Part shown: positions 51,859-64,000 of the stretch, piece by piece
Layout: each line of letters opens with the position of its first letter
How positions within the stretch are numbered: position 1 is the stretch's first letter
Assembly: GCF_030144855.1 (NCBI RefSeq)
Contig: NC_082730.1
Span: forward strand, 14,880,001 to 14,944,000
Length of the DNA stretch: 64,000 nucleotides
Direction of reading: 5' to 3'
DNA from: Hypanus sabinus
Taxonomy: Eukaryota
Program-made: the position numbers and the translations under genes
The notes under the pieces: generated by a model
What the model was told of the DNA's origin: nothing
The model's input: the letters and a program-made list of their open reading frames with translations, nothing else
Databases searched by the model: none

Positions 51859-52179
51859 TTTCGGGTGACTTATGGGCAGAAGATAAAGTAAGAGGAGTTG
51901 TGGGAAGAGCGATCAGAATCGATTGTCACTATGCACCAATATACCGTTCACACACAAAGTATTTCTGCCGCATAAGGAGTCACCAGTGCACATCCTTAGT
52001 GAATACAAATGGGCAAACTGAGCAGACTGGAAGAATGACAATCAGAGATAAGACATCCCAAGGAATATTTACTGTTACAATGGAGAATCTTGTCTTTCAA
52101 GATACAGCAGTTTACAGATGTGGAATTGCAACATCTGGCAAGACTCTGGTGTTTGATGTGCAGCTACAAGTATATGACG
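51859..52179 (+). CDS. Ig V-type exon V7
   Basis: TTTCTTCCTCAG acceptor, G|GTAGGT donor, 321 nt, open; starts (V)SGDLWAED. Confidence 0.87.
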
Positions 52180-52774
52180 GTAGGTTTCTCATTGATTACC
52201 TTTATGTCTCCAGTGAAACGTCTGATGCATATTTGTTCCAGGAAGTGCCAGGGAAGCATGGATATCCTGAGGCTCCTCAGCAGTGCAGACGCTGTGGGGA
52301 GTGGGCAAGGGTCGGGGAACCCCACATGTTGTCCGTCCACTGAGTGGCCAACAATTTCCACTGGAAAGCTCAGCACATTTTCCTGCCATCTTATAGCACA
52401 TGGTCCACATCCCTCAAATCCCTCATTTTCATATTCTCGTCCAAAAGCTTCTTAAATATAGTTACGATATCCCTTTCTACCAGCTCATCTGACTGTGAGT
52501 TCCATGCAGTCAGCACCATCACTGTAAATATAACTCATCTTGCAAACATTCTTTAAACGTTCCACCTATTGCCTTCAAACTATGCTCACTATTATTTGAT
52601 ATTTCAACCCAGGGAAAAGATTCTGACCAGCTTCCCTACTGTGACTTCTGTAACTTTAAAAACCTCCATCAGGCCTCTCCTCAGCCTACTATACTGCCGC
52701 AAAAACAATCCAAGTTTATCAAACTTCTCCCTGTAGCTTCAATCCGGGTAACATTTACCCGTCTATTTATTTAT

Positions 52775-52805
<31 letters not shown>

Positions 52806-54043
52806 CCTACCTACCTATCTATCTATCTATCTATCTATTTATTTATTTATCTTTCTATTTATCTATTTCATTTATTCATTGATTAAGATAAAGCGGGGAA
52901 TAGTCATTTCAAGCACACAGAGCTGTGCCACCCCGTAATCCCCCAAATTAACCCCAGCCTAAACCTCCGACAATCAGCAATGTCCAATTAACCTACCAAC
53001 TTCTCGGTCGTTCGACTGTGGAAGGAAACTGGAGAACCTGAAAGAAACCCACACAAACATAGGGAGAGCATAGAAACTCCTTACACACAGAAGCAGGAAT
53101 TAGCATGGGAAAGCCTTGTGCTAACCATTAGACTACAATGCCACCCTTGTGACATTCTGGTGACATCTTTACCATCACTCTTTACCCTCAACTCCACATC
53201 TTTTCTATTGCATTGCAATCAGATTTACAAATTACTGTGTGTCACAAAAGTGCCCTAACCAGGGTCTTTTCGAAATACAAAATGCCTTTTCAGCTTTAGT
53301 TTCCAGTATGGAAAATGAAGAAGGAGAATGTGCTGAATGCTTTCATTACCATTATATCCACGAGGGTGCACTTTCAGTGAGCAATGGACTACAACCCCAA
53401 GAACACTCCTCATATCAATTCAAAAGGGATCCAGATATTAAATTCCAGGTGATGTAAATCTCCCCAATGCACGAGCAGCATTTGACGCCTCAGGGCCTCT
53501 ACTTGCAGGAGCTTAGAAGAATGAGCACAGAAAAGCTGCTGGTTGCGGAGAAGATGTTTCCTAAACTGTGGATCACAAGGACCAGAGGGCACAGACTCAG
53601 AAACAAAGAGAGATGAGGAGGAATTTATTTTGACAGAGACTGGTGAATCTGTGGAATTCATTGCCGCAGGCAGCTGTAGAGGCCAAATTGTTGGGTATAT
53701 TGAAAGCAGAACTCGATAGTTTTCTAGGATAACCACCAATGCTGCCTTTGCGAGTCAGGCTGTTGGATGCCATTCGGACTGTCACCTTGCTGCTGAGAGA
53801 GATTGTTACTCTGATTTTCACGCAGATACATACTCAGTGTCATTACTGCTGTCCTGATCTGGAGACCTGCTGTGTTCAGGGATAATGGCAGACAAGGCAG
53901 TTCAGTCAGGTACAAGGATGCAGAGACACAGAGAGGTAGAGGAGCTGCTGAGATTCCAGATGTGTGGGTCCTGGTTGAGATACAGAACTGCTGAAATTTT
54001 TAGTATGTTTGATTTTCGTATGTTTTTTGGTTGTTTTCCACAG

Positions 54044-54364
54044 AACCTGTGTCTGTTCCATTACTTCGATTTTCACCACTAACAAGAGGCTCAAGTTGTG
54101 GGAACTATGTGTCAGCGTTCTGTGAGCCTGTGCATGGATCCCTTCCCATTCAGTACTCATGGTACGAAAAGACCCCATCTGGGGATTCAAAGATCTCTGA
54201 TACCAATAAACTGGATCTACATTGTCAATCCTTAAAACACAATAACTATCTGTATTATTGCAATGTCTCAAATGGGAATGGAACAAAGTCCAGTGAAATG
54301 ATCAGAATGTCCACCTCCAACAATGTCAGGAACTGCAGATATGTGATTGAAGTCAACAGAATGG
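54044..54364 (+). CDS. Ig C2-type exon C7
   Basis: CCACAG acceptor, G|GTAAGT donor, 321 nt, open. Confidence 0.87.
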
Positions 54365-56165
54365 GTAAGTAGTGCAGAGTTTGATTCGTTTTGATGGTCA
54401 ATGGAGTACAACTGAATGACTGATGTGTACTGGATATTGAATTGTTGGAACACAATATCCAATACACATGGCTTAGATGGTAAGGGGTTCCTGCTGCTTC
54501 GATACGCACCTGTGCCTGGGACTCGCTGCCTTGATTTGGCCCATACCTGTCCTTTACATTCTGGCCCGAAGTTTAAATCAGTCAGACTATCTCTTCTTCC
54601 TCCCTCTCATTCTACCAACTGTTTTGGTCTGATGAAAGATGTTCTTGTTCTGGAAGGAAGCCAGCAAAGGATCAGCAGACTGATTTCTGGGATGTCATGA
54701 GTGACACAGAACAGAGATGCGGCTGATTAGGTTTTTATTTGCTAGTGTTCAGCAGGCTGAAAGGTGATCTCAGAGAAACCTGCAATATTTTACCAGGCTG
54801 ATACAAACACAGTTAGGACACTTCCAATACCAGGGAATTCTGGATAGTCAAGAGAATCCCAGCTCCAAGAGGATCACAAACTTGTTCTTAGATTTGGAGT
54901 CTTGCATGCCTCAATAACCTGTAAATGTATGTTGGCTGGAGTGAGGGCTTTATGCATTGGCTCTTTGTAGGGTCACCCATGCCTAAATAGGTCAAAGTGC
55001 AGAGGCCAGACTCAAAGTGATCCACCACTCCTCCAGGTTTGGGGGTTCAGCTCAGGACTAATAAACCTGTGTGGTAAAACAAAATGGTTATGGAAACAGG
55101 GATGTAGAATCCTTTTACTTCAGTGATTTATGGTATTGCTCCATCTCGATTCGGGACGTGCATGACTGTCAGCAGTGAAGACCAAGAGGAATCTACTGAC
55201 ATGTTGAGGGAAGCCCTGAACAACTCCAGAGATGGTAAACCTGCACTGTTTCCCTCAAGCCCAGTGGTATAATCGGCAGTAAGTAACTAAGCATGGAGGA
55301 TTAGAAATTATCTGAATTGTTAGACACTTAAGAAAGGGATTAGGAAACATTTCTTCTCCCAGAATGTGTTGAATCAGTATTCAAGAAAGATGGAGTTATT
55401 TTTCTCAGAGGTAGACGGATCAAGAGATCTGGGAAACAAAAGACTTGCCTTTTCATTGAAAATGTCCCCTGCATTATCCTGTTGGACAAAAAGTGTACTT
55501 GAACCATTATCTCCCTGAATACTCAAGTACAGCTATGACCACATCTGCAGAGAGTGTTGAGGAACGCAAAGGAGATTTCCGGATGCTGGCTGAGGCCATC
55601 TCCCTGGCTGGACCCTTCCCTAATTAGACAGAATTAGAGTCTCCTCATTCCAAGACCTTTAACTTCTCCAGATGCATCTCCACAACATCAGTTTCTGAGT
55701 ATGGGGAAGAATCTAAGGTGTCTGTAAATGTAATTGGGTGCACAGTAGAACAGCAATTAGTGATCAGTGATCATGGCCCAATTCCAGCCACTGTCTGAAA
55801 GTTGTTTGTAAGTTCTCCCAGTGACTGCAGGTGTTTTCTTCGGGTGCCGTGATTTGCTCCAGCATTACAGAGACACACAGGTTAGCTTTGGTAAGTCATA
55901 GGCAAGCTGTTCTGGCACTGGAAGCATGGAACACTTGCAGGCTGCCCCCAGCACTTATTTTGTGATGATCATTGTAAATGATGAATTTCACTGAGTGTTC
56001 TGATGTACATATAGCGAGAAAAGTTTATCTTTAATATTTTAATGTGCATTAAGTATTGAACACCTTTGGACAACCATGCTCAGGTACCTATTGGTCTAAC
56101 AATTGTGCTCTTTTGTTCCTCTAAATACAAAGCAGACAAAATTGAATTTCATTTTCTTTTAACAG

Positions 56166-56248
56166 GGAAAATTCATTTATGTGAAAACACAGTGACAGAA
56201 TCGATGACAACTGCACAAAGAGCAAAAACAACTTCACCTGCAATGTAA
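56166..56248 (+). CDS. Terminal stalk/tail exon T7
   Basis: TTTTAACAG acceptor; KIHLCENTVTESMTTAQRAKTTSPAM-TAA. Confidence 0.6.
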
Positions 56249-58891
56249 AGTATAAGTTCCTCTCTACAGGTGGTTTCAATGTTACTGCTTGAATATAGAG
56301 CCAGTTGGGAGAAAAATATGTTTCTCTTTAAATGGTGTTAAACATAATAGACAGGATTAACGTTGATGAAATGATGTATTGGTAACTGAGTATTCCTAAT
56401 TTTCTTGCATATGCATCAATCCTGAGATCAAAGATAAATTTCTTTTTCCAAATATTTAAAAATTGAAATATTGCAGTTGAAGCTCATGTTCTGAGTCATA
56501 AAGTGCTTGTTGTGTGTTAGAACAACTGGCCCATCAGCCTGACACATCCAAATCAACCAAGAGTGTTCATGTAGTTCAGCACATTGAATTTTATTTATTC
56601 CATACCCTCCTCTGCCAGGGATTCCCAACCTAGGATCAAGTTGAGTCGAGTGAAGTCAAGTTTATTGTCATATCACTGTAGAATGCATACCATCAAATGA
56701 GACAATGTTTCTCCAAACAAAGGTGTAACACACATAGCACATAGTAACATATGAAAGTAAGGATGAAATCTACAATTGGATTACACATAAATAAACAAAG
56801 GTGCATAAATTAAGTATTAAAAGGAACAGGACAGATTAACCAGTGACACTGACTTCATGGACTCCTTAGTTGCACATGGCATAAAAAGTTTGAAAACCCG
56901 TGTTCTAAGCCTTTGTTGCTCATGTATCTGTCAAAATGTCTTTCGAATGTTGTAAATGTATCCCCTTCTTTGGATTGCTATGGCAGATTGTTGCATACAC
57001 CTGAGACCCTATGTGTATAACATTGCTTCTTAGGTACTTACCCAACTAAACGGAAGCCTGCACCTGCTTGCTTTACCATACCCTCCCCTTGTAAAAAGAC
57101 AGTGATCATTCACCTTATCGATGCCCCTCATGATTTTATATACCTCTAATAAAGGTCCCGTCAATATTCTAAGCTCCAGGGCAAAAATCACTGTCAATCC
57201 AACCCTCCATTGTGACTCTAGCCCTCCATCTCAGGAATGTCCTCATGATTTTTCTGCTCCACACTTTCCAGTCTCATGATATCTTTCCAGTAACCTGAAG
57301 ACCACAACTGCACATGCAATTTGAAAAGTGGTCTCACTAACAGCTTGTGCAGCCATAACATAACATAATAATCTTGTACAGAGTGCACAAACAAAATAAG
57401 TGTTCCAAATGGCTTCTTCATCATCCTGTCTACCTGTTTCATCACTTTCCGGAAACAATGTCCCTGGATGACTAGATCACTTTTTTGCAACGTTCTCCGT
57501 AGCTTCCTCCTACTATTTACTGTACATGTCTTGAACTGTTTCAACTTGCCAAAATGCAAAACCTCCAATTTGAAAAAGCCCACGGCAATCCACTAACTCT
57601 TCCCACCAAGCCAATATTATATTCAATTTGTTTGCTCAGCCTGAACATTTGGGTCGTTATCAAAGGCCTTGCTAAGTCTCAGATAGACAACATCCACTGC
57701 CCTGTCCAGATGAATAGTAATGAGCTCAGTCTGTAATGAGCTCATGTGATTGTCAAACTGCTTGCCCTGGGGCATTCACTGCAGGACTTCTTCTGGGTCT
57801 GTTGAAGATGTTCCACAGTCCAGATGAGAAAAAATTTTGACATGATATTAGCAACAGTGCAACAATGAATGTGGAAACTGGTGTGGGATTTGGGGGAAGT
57901 TGACTTTTGTAGGAGAGCTGGTTTTAAGCAGATACAGTGTTTCCTTTATTAGATCCTTCAATGGTGAGTGCAGCGAGATCTGTAGATATTAACTCAGCTT
58001 CTCCCCATATGCTGATTGGTAAACACAAGTGTTCATACATACATAATTATACTTTTTGGATTTTTTTAATAATTTATATTTTTTATTGATTTTAATGGCT
58101 TTCAGTGACTTGGTAAAGCACCCAATCTAACTGAAGACCCAACTTCCATTGACATGCTTTCTTGCTCTCCCCTCCTATTGGGCAGATATTACTGAAGTCT
58201 GAAAGCATGTACTACAAACTTCAAGGACAGCTTCTTTCTCACTGTTATAAAACTACCGGATGGTCTCCCATTATAATAAAATGGGCTTTTGATCTTCTAA
58301 TCTACCTGGGCTTGCACCTTACAAGAACATCCTTTCTTTTTATTTATTGAAAGATTTGGTCCAGAAAAGGCCATTCTGGCCCTTCAAGCCACACTGCCCC
58401 TTTAAAATCATGTTGACTATCCAAAATCAGATCTTGCCTTTGCATATTCAGGTAGAACCTGTCTCAGAGAATTGCTTCTGGTAATTTACCCACCACAGAT
58501 CTTTTGCTCACTAGCCTGGAAAGGGATTAGTTCAGTAATCTGTTGATTCAGAATTTTGGAAACACACTGAGACATCACTGGGCAGTGATAACGATGACTC
58601 CAATCAAATAAAAATCGTTACTTGTTCTGAGGACATGATGAGGGACGATGCTGTTCTCTTTCCAGTCAATGTGGAATTCAATTACATCAATTGACATTGT
58701 GGTAGATTCCTTAGAACACATTATTTTTGCTTTCTTTATCATTTGTTTTTTTCTGTTTTGCTTCGGATCTAGAGGAACAATGATTTTGTTCTCCTTTACA
58801 ATTGTGTACAGGAAATGACATTAAGTAATCTTGAATCTGCTTGTGTAAATTTGATTTTACCCATCCATTTTCAGAAGAATTTCTCCCTCAG

Positions 58892-59212
58892 TTTCGAGTG
58901 ATTTATGGGCAGATGATAAAGTAAGAGGAGTTGTGGGAAGAGCGATCAGAATCGATTGTCACTATGCACCAATGTACCGTTCACACACAAAGTATTTCTG
59001 CCGCATAAGGAGTCACCAGTGCACATCCTTAGTGAATACAAATGGGCAAACTGAGCAAACTGGAAGAATGACAATCAGAGATAAGACATCCCAAGGAATA
59101 TTTACTGTTACAATGGAGAATCTTGTCTTTCAAGATACAGGAGTTTACAGATGTGGAATTTCAACATCTGGCAAGACTCTGGTGATTGATGTGCAGCTAC
59201 AAGTATATGACG
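58892..59212 (+). CDS. Ig V-type exon V8
   Basis: Same boundaries as V4, 321 nt, open. One aa difference from V4 (A>S). Confidence 0.87.
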
Positions 59213-61037
59213 GTAGGTTTCTCATTGATTACCTTTATGTCTCCAGTGAAATGTCTGATGCATATTTGTTCCAGTACGTGCCAGGGAAGCATGGATATCC
59301 TGAGGCTCCTCAGCAGTGCAGACGCTGTGGGGAGTGGGCAAGGGTCGGGGAACCCCACATGTTGTCCGTCCACTGACTGGCCAACAATTTCCACTGGAAG
59401 GCTCAGCACACTTTCCTGCCGTCTTATAGCACGTGGTCCACATCCCTCAAATCCCTCATTTTCATATCCTCGTCCAAAAGCTTCTTAAATATAGTTATGA
59501 TATCCCTTTCTACCAGCTCATCTGACTGTGAGTTCCATGCAGTCAGCACCATCACTGTAAATATAACTCATCTTGCAAACATTCTTTAAACGTTCCACCT
59601 ATTGCCTTCAAACTATGCTCACTATTATTTGATATTTCAACCCAGGGAAAAGATTCTGACCAACTTCCCTACTGAGACTTCTGTAACTTTAAAAACCTCC
59701 ATCAGGATTCTCCTCAGCCTACTATACTGCAGCAAAAACAATCCAAGTTGATCAAACTTCTCCCTGTAGTTTCAATCCGGGTAACATTTAGTCATTTATT
59801 TATTTATCTATCTATCTATTTATTTGTTTGTTTGTTTGTTTATTTGTTTGTTTATTTATTTCATTTATTCATTGATTAAGATAAAGCGTGGAATGGACAT
59901 TTCAAGCCCATAGAGCTGTGCCACCCCGTAATCCCCCAAACTTAACCCCAGCCTAAACCTCCGACAATCAGCAATGCCCAATTAACCTACCAACTTCTCG
60001 GTCGTTCGACTGTGGAAGGAAACTGGAGCACCTGAAAGAAACCCACACAAACATAGGGAGAGCATAGAAACTCCTTACACACAGAAGCAGGAATTAGCTT
60101 GGGAAAGCCTTGTGCTAACCATTAGACTACAATGCCACCCTTGTGACATTCTGGTGACATCTTTACCATCACTCTTTACCCTCAACTCCACATCTTTTCT
60201 ATCGCGTTGCAATCAGATTTACAAATTACTGTGTGTCGCAAAAGTGCCCTAACCAGGGTCTTTTGAATCTACAAAATGCCTTTTCAGCTTTAGTTTCCAG
60301 TATGGAAAATGAAGAAGGAGAATGTGCTGAATGCTTTCATTTACATTATATCCACGAGGGTGCACTTTCAGTGAGCAATGGACTAGAACCCCAAGAACTC
60401 TCCTCATATCAATTCAAAAGGGATCCAGACATTAAATTCCAGGTGATGTAAAACTCCCCAATGCACGAGCAGCATTTGACGCCTCAGGGCCTCTACTTGC
60501 AGGAGCTTAGAAGAATGAGCACGGAAAAGCTGCTGGTTGCGGAGAGGATGTTTCCTAAACTGTGGATCACTAGGACCAGAGGGCACAGACTCAGAAACAA
60601 AGAGAGATGAGGAGGAATTTATTTTGACAGAGACTGGCGAATCTGTGGAATTCATTGCCACAGGCAGCTGTGGAGGCCAAATGGTTGGGTATATTTAAAG
60701 CAGAACTCGACAGTTTTCTAGGATAACCACCAATGCTGTCTTTGCGAGTCAGGCTGTTGGGTGGCATTTAAACTGTGTCCTTGCTGCTGAGAGAGATTGT
60801 AACTCTGATTTTCACGCAGATACATACTCAGTGTCGTTACTGCTGTCCTCATCTGGAGACCTGCTGTGTTCAGGGATAATGGCAGACAAGGCAGTTCAGT
60901 CAGGTACAAGGATGTAGAGACACAGAGAGGTAGAGGAGCTGCTGAGATTCCAGATGTGTGTGTCCTGGTTGAGATACAGAACTGCTGAAATTTTTAGTGT
61001 GTTTGATTTTCGTATGTTTTTTGGTTGTTTTCCACAG

Positions 61038-61358
61038 AACCCGTGTCTGTTCCATTACTTCGATTTTCACCACTAACAAGAGGCTCAAGTTGTGGGAACT
61101 ATGTGTCAGCGTTCTGTGAGCCTGTGCATGGATCCCTTCCCATTCAGTACTCATGGTACGAAAAGACCCCATCTGGGGATTCAAAGATCTCTGATACCAA
61201 TAAACTGGATCTACATTGTCAATCCTTAAAATACAATAACTATCTGTATTATTGCAATGCCTCAAATGCGAATGGAACAAAGTCCAGTGAAATGATCAGA
61301 ATGTCCACTTCCAACAATGTCAGGAACTGCAGATATGTGATTGAAGTCAACAGAATGG
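61038..61358 (+). CDS. Ig C2-type exon C8
   Basis: AG/GT boundaries, 321 nt; translation identical to C4. Confidence 0.87.
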
Positions 61359-63151
61359 GTAAGTAGTGCAGAGATTGATTCGTTTTGATGGTCAATGGAG
61401 TACAACTGAATGACTGATGTGTACTGGATATTGTATTATTGGAACACAATATCCAATACATATGGCTTAGATGGTAAGGGGCTCCTGCTGCTTCGATACG
61501 CACCTGTGCCTGGGACTCGCTGCCTTGATTTGATCCATACCTGTCCTTTACTTTCCGGCCTGAAGTTTAAATCAGTCAGACTATCTCTTCTTCCTCCCTC
61601 TCATTCTACCAACTGTTTTGGTCTGATGAAAGATGTTCTTGTTCTGGAAGGAAGCCAGCAAAGGATCAGCAGACTGATTTCTGGGATGTCATGAGTGACA
61701 CAGAACAGAGAAGCGGTTGATTAGCTTTTCATTTGCTAGTGTTCAGCAGGCTGAAAGGTGATCTCAGAGAAACCTGCAATATTTTACCAGGCTGATACAA
61801 ACGCAGTTAGGACACTTCCATTACCCAGGAATTCTGGATAGTCAAGAGAATCTCAGCTCCAAGAGGATCACAAACTTGTTCTTAGATTTGGAGTCTTGCA
61901 TGCCTCAATAACCTGTAAATGTATGTTGGCTGGAGTGAGGGCTTTATGCATTGGCTCTTTGTAGGGTCACCCATGCCTAAATAGGTCAAAGTGCAGAGGC
62001 CAGACTCAGAGTGATCCACCACTCCTCCAGGTTCGGGGATTTAGCTCAGGACTAATAAACCTGTGTGTTAAAACAAAATGGTTATGGAAACAGGAATGTA
62101 GAATCCTTTTACTTCAGTGACTTATGGTATTGCTCCATCTCGATTCGGGATGTGCATGACTGTCAGCAGTGAAGACCAAGAGGAATCTACTGACATGTTG
62201 AGGGAAGCCCTGAACAACTCCAGAGATGGAAAACCTGCACTGTTTCCCTCAAGCCCAGTGGTGTAATGGGCAGTAAGTAAGTAAGCATGGAGGATCAGAA
62301 ATTATCTGAATGGTGAGACACTTAGGTCAGGGATTAGGAAACATTTCTTCTCCCTGTATTCAAGAAAGGTAGAGTTATTTTTCTCAGAGGTAGACGGATC
62401 AAGAGATCTGGGAAACAAAAGACTTGCCTTTTCATTGAAAATGTCCCCTGCATTATCCTGTTGGACAAAAAGTGTACTTGAACCATTATCTCCCTGAATA
62501 CTCAAGTACAGCTATGACCACATCTGCAGAGAGTGTTGGGGAACTTGAAGGAGATTTCCGGATGCTGGCTGAGGCTATCTCCCTGTCTGGACCCTTACCT
62601 AATTAGACAGAATTTGAGTCTCCTCATTCCAAGACCTTTAACTTCTCCAGATGCATCTCCACAACATCAGTTTCTGAGTATGGGGAAGAATCTAAGGCGT
62701 CTGTAAATGTAATTGGGTGCACAGTAGAACAGCAATTAGTGATCAGTGATCAGTGATCATGGCCCAATTCCAGCCACTGTCTGCAAGTTGTTTGTAAGTT
62801 CTCCCAGTGACTGCAGGTGATTTCTTCGGGTGACGTGATTTCCTTCAGCATTACAGAGACACACAGGTTAGCTTTGGTAAGTCATAGGCAAGCTGTTCTG
62901 GCACTGGAAGCATGGAACAATTGCAGACTGCCCCCAGCACTTATTTTGTGATGGTCATTGTAAATGATGAATTTCACTGATTGTTCTGATGTACATATAA
63001 CGAAAAAAGGTTATCTTTAATATTTTATTGTGTAGTAAGTATTGATCACTTTTGGTCCACCATGCTCAGGTACCTATTGGTCTAACAATTGTGCTCTTTT
63101 GTTCCTCTAAATACAAAACAGACAAAATTGAATTTTATTTTCTTTTAACAG

Positions 63152-63234
63152 GGAGAATTCATTTCTGTGAAAACACAGTGACAGAATCGATGACAACTGC
63201 ACAAAGAGAAAAAACTACTTCACCTGAAATGTAA
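63152..63234 (+). CDS. Terminal stalk/tail exon T8
   Basis: TTTTAACAG acceptor; translation identical to T4, ending in TAA. Confidence 0.6.
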
Positions 63235-64000
63235 AGTATAAGATTCTCTCTACAGGTGGTTTCAATGTTACTGCTTGAAAATAGAGCCAGTTGGGAGAAA
63301 AATATGTTTCTCTTTAACTGGTGTTAAACATATTTGACAGGATTAACATTGATGAAATGATGTATTGGAAACTGCGTATTCCTGATTTTCTTGCATATGC
63401 ATCAATCCTGAGATCAAAGATAAATTTCTTTTTCCAAATATTTAAAAATTTAAATAACACAGTTGAAGCTCATGTTTTGATTCATAAAGTGCTTGTTGTG
63501 TGTTAGAACAACTGGCCCATCAGCCTGACACATCCAAATCAACCAAGATGTTCAAGTAGTTCAGCACATTTAATTTTATTTATTTCATACCCTCCTCTGC
63601 CAAGGATTCCCAACCTAGGATCAAGTTGAATCGAGTGAAGACAAGCTTATGGTCATATAACTGTAGAATGCATACCATCAAATGAAACAATGTTTCTCCA
63701 AACAAAGGTGTAACACACATAGCACTTAGTAACATATGAAAGTAAGGATGAAATCTACAATTGGATTACACATAAATAAACAAACAAAGGTGCATAAATT
63801 AAGTATTAAAAGGAACAGGACAGATTAACCAGTGACACTGACTTCATGGACTCCTTAGTTGCACATGGCATAAAAAGTTTGAAAACCCGTGTTCTAAGCC
63901 TTTGTTGCTCATGTATCTGTCAAAATATCTTTCGAATGTTGTAAATGTATCCCCTTCTATGGATTGCTATGGCAGATTGTTGCATACACCTGAAACCCTA

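Larger units (their letters stand above)
25496..64000 (+). repeat. Tandem segmental array of V-C2-tail units (units 3-8, last one truncated by the window)
   Basis: V starts at 25496, 32621, 39597, 45833, 51859 and 58892, giving periods of 7125, 6976, 6236, 6026 and 7033 bp. Introns and TE remnants repeat colinearly. High similarity begins about 27600. Confidence 0.97.

Noticed and set aside
25496-64000. Repeat-spacer or rearranging (V(D)J/RSS) locus
   Set aside because: Units are multi-kb duplications with spliced exons. No heptamer-nonamer signals were noticed next to the V exons, which end in splice donors; nothing is CRISPR-like.

Overview
Vertebrate genomic DNA, probably a cartilaginous fish (inferred from the repeat families and receptor style; no prokaryotic features). 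The + strand carries eight V-type Ig exons (CD300/pIgR-like, with the second C-C' disulfide), each followed by a C2-type Ig exon. All 16 exons are 321 nt, open, phase 1-1 and bounded by AG/GT. Seven pairs are followed by a short Cys-containing, Ser/Thr-rich exon that runs into a stop codon. Units 1-2 (1.5-21.6 kb) are old and diverged, with transposon-filled introns: CR1 LINEs, a deleted Gypsy LTR element with a 1,171-bp inverted duplication, a second LTR fragment, a Tc1 derivative and SINEs. From about 25 kb to the window end is a young tandem array of six 6-7 kb V-C2-tail units with mosaic, recombinant structure. No transmembrane or cytoplasmic exon was found, and only one weak leader candidate. 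The locus could therefore be a giant multi-Ig receptor with alternative secretory ends, a set of cassettes sharing a leader, or duplicated gene fragments. Exon boundaries were read by eye and no homology search was run.
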